Source: Candidatus Kuenenia stuttgartensis
GTDB taxonomy: Bacteria; Planctomycetota; Brocadiia; Brocadiales; Brocadiaceae
Assembly: GCF_900232105.1 (NCBI RefSeq)
Contig: NZ_LT934425.1
Location: forward strand, 3,180,001 to 3,212,000
Reading direction: 5' to 3'
Length of the DNA: 32,000 bases
Numbering within the stretch: the stretch's first letter is position 1; every line of letters begins with the position of its first letter. Positions 25,701-32,000 of this stretch are shown in pieces. Position numbers and translations under genes: made by a program. The notes below the pieces were generated by a model. The model saw nothing but the letters and a program-made list of their open reading frames with translations, did no database searches and was not told the origin of the DNA.

Positions 25701-26723
25701 ATGGAAAAACCTGCCGATAAATCAGAGAAAAAGGCGCCCGCGTCTCAGTTTGAGAAAACGTGGGTTAGTACATTTCCGCGCGTTTGCGAAGGATGCAGCC
25801 AATTAACAAACAAGCAATTTTTTCTCATTAACCCTGTTTTAAAAATTACCACCATAGGAACTTTTATTAAAAATGCCAATGCAAAGTTTGTGTTATCAAA
25901 AATAATTGTCGAGGATTTTTATGAGGGCGAAATATATTTACTTTTATCTTTAAAACTAGCGATAACAATTGGTAACATTCTCCTGCTTCTCGAAGATGAA
26001 GCAATAAAGGAAAATGCTAATAAGGAAAATTTCGATGCTGATTGCGCGGACGGTTTCAAAGAGTTTTCGAATCAGGTATGCGGTATTTTAGATAATGACC
26101 TACGCCTGAAATTACCCAAACCGATTCACCTGAAATTATTATCGGTAGAGCCAATAAACAAAGAAAATATGACCACCGTATTAAAAGACGACATCCTTAA
26201 CGAAGAATGCCTTTTCCTCTCTACTTCTTTAAGAATAATGGGTTTTGACGATGATCAATTTATTATATGTGTCCCTAAATTGATCGGAGAAGAATTTTTC
26301 GGGGAAATCATTGAGGAAGAAAACAAAGAATATCGGGGAACAATACTTGCAGTGGACGATTCAAACACCGATTTACGAATCATCAGAAAATTACTCGGTA
26401 ATGATTATAAAGTATTGGTGACAGACAATCCGGGCCATGCGCTCTCAACTCTGGGGAAAACCAATATCGATCTGGTATTAATGGACATTTACATGCCAGG
26501 AGTTGACGGAATTACCCTCTGCGAAAGAATTAAAAGAAATGCAATGGTTGAAGATGTGCCTATTATTATCTGCTCCGCCCACCCTACGCAGGAAAATGTA
26601 ATACGCGCCGTAAGGGCAGGCGCTGCTGATTTTATAGTAAAACCGGTAACGAGACAAAAATTAATGGAAAAAATTAACAAACATATGCTTAATAAAAGCT
26701 TAAAAATCCCTGCAAACCGATAG
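25701..26723 (+). CDS. CheX/CheC-like domain fused to a C-terminal receiver (REC) domain
   Basis: 340 aa. The N-terminal ~210 aa parallel the adjacent CheX (LAITIGNILLLLEDE...DGFKEFSNQVCGIL, with E-x2-N). The C-terminal REC has an intact acidic pocket, phospho-Asp, Ser and Lys (AVDDS, LVLMDIYMPGVDG, IICSAH, VKP). Confidence 0.7.
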   Translation: MEKPADKSEKKAPASQFEKTWVSTFPRVCEGCSQLTNKQFFLINPVLKITTIGTFIKNANAKFVLSKIIVEDFYEGEIYLLLSLKLAITIGNILLLLEDEAIKENANKENFDADCADGFKEFSNQVCGILDNDLRLKLPKPIHLKLLSVEPINKENMTTVLKDDILNEECLFLSTSLRIMGFDDDQFIICVPKLIGEEFFGEIIEEENKEYRGTILAVDDSNTDLRIIRKLLGNDYKVLVTDNPGHALSTLGKTNIDLVLMDIYMPGVDGITLCERIKRNAMVEDVPIIICSAHPTQENVIRAVRAGAADFIVKPVTRQKLMEKINKHMLNKSLKIPANR

Positions 26724-26745
26724 TTGTTTTTTTAAGGATAAGAAT

Positions 26746-28530
26746 ATGGAAGATACCTCTTTTTTAATGGATGACCCGGAAATTGTCAAAGAATTCCTGA
26801 CAGAATCGGGGGATCATCTGGAATCGGTAGAATCACAAATCCTCCAATTAGAAGAAAACCCGGACAATACGGATATTATCAACACAATATTCCGCCCTAT
26901 TCACAGCACGAAAGGAAGCGCCGGCTTTTTAGGATTGAAGGATATGGGTACAGTAAGCCATGAACTAGAAACACTTCTTGACGAAGCAAGAAAGGGCAAT
27001 CTGAAAATAACCCCGTTAATCATAGAAATATTGTACGAAGGCGTGGACATACTGAAAAGATTAAGGGGGCTTGTTGCAAAGAAAGTCGAGAAAATAGACG
27101 TTTCGGACGAAATTGTAGATTACGCCCCGGTTATTGTAAAAATAAAAAATGCCCTCGTAGGACAGAAAGCAACGGAAAGCGCACCTTCAAAACCGCAGCA
27201 CTTAGGTGAAATACTTGTAGAAAAAGGGGAAATTACCGAAGATGACCTTGACAAGGCATTAGAGGAACAGGAAAAACTACAGCAAAAAAAAATAGGAGAA
27301 ATCATTGTTGAAAAGGGCATCGTCACAAAAGAAACTATAGACAGCGCCCTCAAAACCTTGCCGGCAACAGCGCCAGTCTCAGAAACGGTCAAGGTCGATA
27401 TACAAAAAATAGACAGCCTTGTAAACCTTGTGGGCGAACTGGTAATCGCCAACGCCCTCATAAAAGACCTTCTGGAAAACACGAACAGCACATCAAATAA
27501 AAATATTTCACACCTGGGAAAGATAGTAAAAGACATACAAGATCAGGTAATGTCAATACGAATGGTTCCCATTAAATCAACCTTCCAGAAAATGTCGCGG
27601 CTCGTCCGTGATGTTTCCAAAAAAGCCGGCAAAAAGGTAAAGCTGGAAGTTTCCGGAGAAGAGACTGAACTAGACAAATCGGTAATTGAATCAATTGGAG
27701 ACCCGCTGGTACATATTCTTAGAAATTCGGTAGATCATGGAATCGAACCGGAAGAAGAACGGATTGCCGCGGGAAAGCCTGCCTTGGGACATGTGTATCT
27801 TGATGCCTTTCACAAAGGGGGGAACATTTTTATTGAAATAAGAGACGACGGCAGGGGTTTACGAAAAGATAAATTACTGAAAAAAGCCATTGAAAAAGGA
27901 ATAATGAGTGAAAACGCCACTCTTACTGAACAACAAATCTTCGGTTTGATTTTTGCCGCAGGATTTTCCACTGCTGAGAAGATAACCGATATATCAGGAC
28001 GCGGCGTAGGGATGGATGTGGTTAAGAAAAATATTGAACGCCTGCGCGGCAAGGTCGAAATCTCTTCAGAAGAAGGCAAAGGCACGAAAATCTCTATCAA
28101 ACTTCCCCTGACAATGGCAATCATTGACGGAATGATCGTCCAGGTAGGGAATCAGAAATATATCGTTCCAATGCTTTCTATAGAAGAATCCATACGCCCG
28201 AAAAAAGATGATATCTCAACGATACAACAGCGCGGTGAAGTAATAAATGTGCGGGGCAATATTTTGCCAATGGTACGGCTGCACCAGTGGTATAATGTAG
28301 AGCCTAAAAAATACGCCCCATGGGAGGCCATTATTCTCATTGTTGAAAGTGAAGGGCAACGATGTGGGATTCTTGTCGATGATTTAATAGGGCAACAACA
28401 AATTGTCATCAAACGCCTTGGAGAACAATTCCGCAATGTCAAAGGGGTTTCCGGCAGTGCCATACTTGGGGACGGAAGGGTAGGGCTTATATTGGATGTC
28501 GGCGGCATTATGAATCTTGCTCTTAACTAA
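26746..28530 (+). CDS. cheA: Chemotaxis histidine kinase CheA (P1-[MshEN-like insert]-P3-P4-P5)
   Basis: 594 aa. Hpt motif HSTKGSAGFLG, dimerisation VKVDIQKIDSLVNLVGELV, HATPase N/G boxes (HILRNSVDHGIE, DDGRGL, GRGVGMDVV) and a C-terminal CheW-like domain. Confidence 0.9.
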   Translation: MEDTSFLMDDPEIVKEFLTESGDHLESVESQILQLEENPDNTDIINTIFRPIHSTKGSAGFLGLKDMGTVSHELETLLDEARKGNLKITPLIIEILYEGVDILKRLRGLVAKKVEKIDVSDEIVDYAPVIVKIKNALVGQKATESAPSKPQHLGEILVEKGEITEDDLDKALEEQEKLQQKKIGEIIVEKGIVTKETIDSALKTLPATAPVSETVKVDIQKIDSLVNLVGELVIANALIKDLLENTNSTSNKNISHLGKIVKDIQDQVMSIRMVPIKSTFQKMSRLVRDVSKKAGKKVKLEVSGEETELDKSVIESIGDPLVHILRNSVDHGIEPEEERIAAGKPALGHVYLDAFHKGGNIFIEIRDDGRGLRKDKLLKKAIEKGIMSENATLTEQQIFGLIFAAGFSTAEKITDISGRGVGMDVVKKNIERLRGKVEISSEEGKGTKISIKLPLTMAIIDGMIVQVGNQKYIVPMLSIEESIRPKKDDISTIQQRGEVINVRGNILPMVRLHQWYNVEPKKYAPWEAIILIVESEGQRCGILVDDLIGQQQIVIKRLGEQFRNVKGVSGSAILGDGRVGLILDVGGIMNLALN

Positions 28531-28572
28531 TATACAAAAACCAAACGTTTTACTTTTTATAGGAGGAGAATT

Positions 28573-29085
28573 ATGGAAGGTGTTCTTAGTCAGCAAAAAC
28601 CTGCCGAAATTTCCAGTCTGGCTTCTCATGAAGGAAAATATTTAACTTTTGTTCTGGGCGATGAAGAATATGGTATCGAGATTTTAAAAGTAAGGGAAAT
28701 CATTGGCGTCATGGCAATAACGCCTGTGCCTCAATCGCCAAATTATATTAAGGGCGTAATTAATTTAAGGGGAAAGGTAATTCCCGTAGTTGATTTAAGG
28801 TTAAAGTTCGGGTTTCCGGAAAAGGAACACACGAAAGAAACCTGCATTGTTGTGGTGGAAGTAAACAATACCCTTACGGGCGTCATTGTAGACACAGTAT
28901 CGGAAGTCATTGATATTGCCACAGAAGACATGGAACCTTCTCCGCACTTTGGGCAGGACATAGATACCGATGTTTTTTTAGGCATTGCACAGATAAAAAA
29001 TAAGGTCAAAATACTACTCGATATTGACAAGATATTACGCCAGGAAGAAGTCTGCATGGCGAGCAATTTTACAGAAATATGTTAA
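28573..29085 (+). CDS. cheW: Chemotaxis coupling protein CheW
   Basis: 170 aa. [21 protein letters not shown]...[14 protein letters not shown] is the typical CheW domain. Strong AGGAGG RBS. Confidence 0.9.
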   Translation: MEGVLSQQKPAEISSLASHEGKYLTFVLGDEEYGIEILKVREIIGVMAITPVPQSPNYIKGVINLRGKVIPVVDLRLKFGFPEKEHTKETCIVVVEVNNTLTGVIVDTVSEVIDIATEDMEPSPHFGQDIDTDVFLGIAQIKNKVKILLDIDKILRQEEVCMASNFTEIC

Positions 29086-29120
29086 ACATAATAAAAATTT
29101 TTCAAAAGAAAGGGATTATA

Positions 29121-30833
29121 ATGTTCGGCAAAATGACGATAATGACAAGGCTCATCGTGACAATAGTTATCTCAATCGCGATAGGATCCGGTATTTTATC
29201 GGTGATTGTCATGAAGAGGGAAAAGGCGCAAATGCTGGAGGAAGTAAAAAAGGAGGCGCGTATGGCGGCGAATCAGCTTATGTCTGTCCGGCAGGTGATT
29301 GCGACAAAACAGCAGGCCATAAACAATGATTCCAAAGGCAACTTCGAATTCAAAGGGGTAATCCCCGCAGTGGTTGGTCGTGAAGTGGCAGAGCACTTCA
29401 GCCAGACTACCATATACAAAATGAAGCAAACAAGCCTGCAATACAGAAATCCATCGAATAAACCCGATGCGTGGGAAACCAGACAGTTAGAACGCTTTGC
29501 CGCAAATCCTGATTTAAAAGAGATTTCAGAAATAACCATCGAAGACTGGAACCTGGGAGCGGCGTCGCAAATATTCCGCCTTATGGTACCACTAAAAATT
29601 ACAGAAGCCTGCCTTGTATGTCATGGATATCCGGAGACAAGCCCTACGGGAGATGGCAAAGACATATCGGGAAGGCAAATGGAAGGGTACAAACTTGGAG
29701 AAATCAGGGGCGGAATAAGCGTGGTGGCGCCTATGGACAGTATAAATGCGGCAATTGCGGCAAACAGAAATTTCAGCATTCTGGGAAACGGGATTTTTGT
29801 CCTTCTTATTAGTGGTGTGGTATTCTTCGTTACCAAGGGGGTTGTATCTTTATTGAAAAGGACGGTTAATCACCTGAATGCGGGAGCGGAAGAAGTGGCT
29901 GCGGCGTCATCGCAAATATCTTCTTCAAGCCAGTCGCTTGCCGATGGGGCATCGCAGCAGGCAGCTTCCGTGGAGGAGACTTCCGCTTCAATAGAAGAAA
30001 TGTCTTCGATGACGGCAAAGAATGCAGATAATGCAGAAGAGGCAAGCCATTTGACGGTCAAGGCAAAATCTTCGGCGGAGGAAGGCCACGAGACGATGAA
30101 ATCATTGCAGACAATTATGCGTGAATTGCATGGAGGAAATAATCAAATTCTTGCAATTATCAAGTCGATTGACGAAATAGCGTTCCAGACAAACCTTTTA
30201 GCGCTGAATGCCGCAGTAGAGGCCGCAAGGGCCGGTGAACACGGGAAGGGATTTGCCGTGGTTGCGGACGAGGTTCGCAATTTAGCCCAAAGGTGCGCAA
30301 CGGCGTCAAAAGAAACGGCAGACCTGATCAATGCGCGTGTACAGAGCAATGACAACGCCTTAAAGATTACCGAGGTGTTTGCAGAAAAGCTGAAGGAAAT
30401 AGCAACGGATACGAAGAAGGTTGCAGATTTGATGGGAGAGATCTCAGCGGCTTCAAGGGAACAATCGGAAGGGGTAGGCCAGATAGGAAAAGCTATGACG
30501 TCCATAGATAACGTTACCCAACAAAATGCAGCCAATGCAGAACAAATGGCATCCGCCAGCGAAGAACTATCTTCCCAGTCGGTGAATTTAAGAGAAGTCG
30601 TGCTCGAACTCGCAGCACAGGTCGGCGGGATACGGGAGGAGGCTATGGAACCGGAGGTTAAGAAAAAAACATCCTTGAAAAAAGAAATCACTTATCACAG
30701 AAGACCTGCCCTAGAGGCTTACAAGGCTGGAGGGAGCAAAGGCCGCAAACATGTTCGCAAAAATGATGAGGGGGAATCAGGGAAAAAACCTGAAGATATA
30801 ATACCTATGGATGGTGAGTTCAGTGATTTCTGA
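29121..30833 (+). CDS. Methyl-accepting chemotaxis protein with periplasmic c-haem DUF3365 (Tll0287-like) sensor domain
   Basis: The segment between TM1 and TM2 contains [13 protein letters not shown]...[10 protein letters not shown]...[13 protein letters not shown] (DUF3365 pattern with CXXCH). The cytoplasmic MCP signalling hairpin is [36 protein letters not shown]. The ORF is open from ATG 29079, which overlaps cheW by 7 nt. I prefer ATG 29121 because GAAAGGGA lies upstream. Confidence 0.85.
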   Translation: MFGKMTIMTRLIVTIVISIAIGSGILSVIVMKREKAQMLEEVKKEARMAANQLMSVRQVIATKQQAINNDSKGNFEFKGVIPAVVGREVAEHFSQTTIYKMKQTSLQYRNPSNKPDAWETRQLERFAANPDLKEISEITIEDWNLGAASQIFRLMVPLKITEACLVCHGYPETSPTGDGKDISGRQMEGYKLGEIRGGISVVAPMDSINAAIAANRNFSILGNGIFVLLISGVVFFVTKGVVSLLKRTVNHLNAGAEEVAAASSQISSSSQSLADGASQQAASVEETSASIEEMSSMTAKNADNAEEASHLTVKAKSSAEEGHETMKSLQTIMRELHGGNNQILAIIKSIDEIAFQTNLLALNAAVEAARAGEHGKGFAVVADEVRNLAQRCATASKETADLINARVQSNDNALKITEVFAEKLKEIATDTKKVADLMGEISAASREQSEGVGQIGKAMTSIDNVTQQNAANAEQMASASEELSSQSVNLREVVLELAAQVGGIREEAMEPEVKKKTSLKKEITYHRRPALEAYKAGGSKGRKHVRKNDEGESGKKPEDIIPMDGEFSDF

Positions 30834-30939
30834 TTGTGCAGTAAAATGGATATAATCTTCATATTTCGGAAAGGAAAATTTTTTATTGTATGCTTCGCGC
30901 AGAGACGTTATATAAACCCGTTGGAAATTTTCGTATAAC

Positions 30940-31422
30940 ATGAACGACGCCCCTAATATCTACACCGTTGGCGTTGGAGATGCAAAAATAGCACGGGCTC
31001 CTAACCAATTAAAGACATTGCTCGGTTCATGCATCGGAATAGCATTGTACGACCCCATAGTAAAAGTAGGGGGCATCCTTCATATCATGCTGCCCAAAAA
31101 AATAGGGAATGATCAAAAATTAACGAAATATGCTGACCCGGGATTGCCTTTTTTTATCGGACAAATCATCAAAAACGGCGGAGCGTCAAAAAACACCCTC
31201 CTTGCAAAAATATTTGGCGGCGCAAAGATGTTCGAAACCGCCGGGAAGCTCATTAATATTGGCGAAAAAAATGAACATGAAGTGCGCAGGATATTAAAAG
31301 AAGAAGGTATCAAAATTGTAGCGGCAAAAACGGGTGGAACAAAGGGATACAATATAGCGCTTGATACAACCACCGGCAATGTGGAATGCCGCATATTCGG
31401 AGAAGCTGTCTGTATTTATTAA
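30940..31422 (+). CDS. cheD: Chemoreceptor glutamine deamidase CheD
   Basis: 160 aa. LGSCIGIALYDP...GGILHIMLP...GGAKMF...IG.KN motif series typical of CheD. Confidence 0.85.
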   Translation: MNDAPNIYTVGVGDAKIARAPNQLKTLLGSCIGIALYDPIVKVGGILHIMLPKKIGNDQKLTKYADPGLPFFIGQIIKNGGASKNTLLAKIFGGAKMFETAGKLINIGEKNEHEVRRILKEEGIKIVAAKTGGTKGYNIALDTTTGNVECRIFGEAVCIY

Positions 31423-31484
31423 GTATATTAATTTTATTATTTTATTTGCGAAAAGATAGCATTTATCAAAAACAAAGGTAAAAA

Positions 31485-32000
31485 ATGGTTATTTCACCGG
31501 AACGCTTACGGATGTTGGAGGTAATAATGAAGCTTTCTATCGACAATGCTTCAAGGGCCCTTTCCAAGACATTAAGGACCGGTGCAAAAATCACTCTCTC
31601 TAAAATCTACATGGCAGATTTTAACGAAGCCACTGAGAAAATGAATACTGACACGAGGGAAATGACCGGCATTATTGTCAATTTTAAAGGCAACTTCGGC
31701 TGTAAAATGCTGTTTATGCTGCCTCTTGAAGGTTCTACAATACTGACGGACTATTATCTCCGTCTACCGGTGGGTACAACAAAAGAGTTTAACACTGATA
31801 CCGAAAGCGTCTCTCAGGAATTGGGGAATATTCTTGCAAGCCATATCAGCAACACGCTGGTTTCAGACTTCGACGCTACATTATTGCCGGAACCGCCGCA
31901 AGTGCATAACGATTATGCGGGAATAATATTTTCAAGTCTTTTGTTGGAACAAGGGATCTATAGCGATCAATTGCTACTTGTTGAAACAATTTTTGAAATC
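31485..32000 (+). CDS. cheC: CheC-like CheY-P phosphatase (3' end outside window)
   Basis: My own translation from ATG 31485 is open to the window edge (172 codons; this ORF is absent from the ORF track). It contains SIDNASRALSKTL and SQELGNILASHISN (E-x2-N), as in the CheC/FliY family. Its position after cheD fits the known CheC-CheD pairing. Confidence 0.65.
   Translation, partial: MVISPERLRMLEVIMKLSIDNASRALSKTLRTGAKITLSKIYMADFNEATEKMNTDTREMTGIIVNFKGNFGCKMLFMLPLEGSTILTDYYLRLPVGTTKEFNTDTESVSQELGNILASHISNTLVSDFDATLLPEPPQVHNDYAGIIFSSLLLEQGIYSDQLLLVETIFEI

Overview
AT-rich bacterial chromosomal window; I saw no rRNA, tRNA or CRISPR array. The left two thirds carry ordinary genes on both strands. 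These are a MobB fragment, a cytochrome P460-family haem protein, a PIG-L deacetylase, a membrane polyferredoxin, a PPC/DUF296 protein and a PatB/MalY C-S lyase. They continue with a leucine-dehydrogenase-like enzyme, a 1383-aa SNF2 helicase convergent with RecQ, a TMTC/PMT-like TPR membrane protein and an HtrA protease. Two apparently intact insertion sequences with clean target-site duplications interrupt this region: an ISL3-family element (3632-5012, 8-bp TSD ATAAAAAT) and an IS1634-family element (5742-7800, 6-bp TSD ATCTAA). Two families of structured intergenic repeats are also present. One is a TACGAAA-rich palindromic element, with three of its four copies next to gene starts. The other is a GTAGGGGCGAAGCATTTGC hairpin element with ATGTAACACTTTAG termini that sits just after stop codons. 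The right third is a signalling island. A two-gene operon (DUF1858-12TM-DUF1858 NnrS-like membrane protein plus a tandem HD/HD-GYP phosphohydrolase) lies back-to-back with a chemotaxis operon, cheY-cheX-(cheX-like-REC)-cheA-cheW-mcp-cheD-cheC, which runs off the window. The most unusual observations are in this island. CheA carries a tandem MshEN/T2SSE_N-like motif pair (c-di-GMP-receptor type) where the P2 domain normally sits. The only MCP has a periplasmic c-haem sensor (DUF3365/Tll0287-like, CXXCH). Three CheY-P-phosphatase-type modules are present. I propose, as inference only, a redox/NO to c-di-GMP to chemotaxis circuit. I could not support any canonical phage-defence, toxin-antitoxin or CRISPR system. 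Taxonomic origin cannot be determined here; the gene content fits an anaerobic N-cycle organism, possibly planctomycete/anammox-like, but that is speculation.
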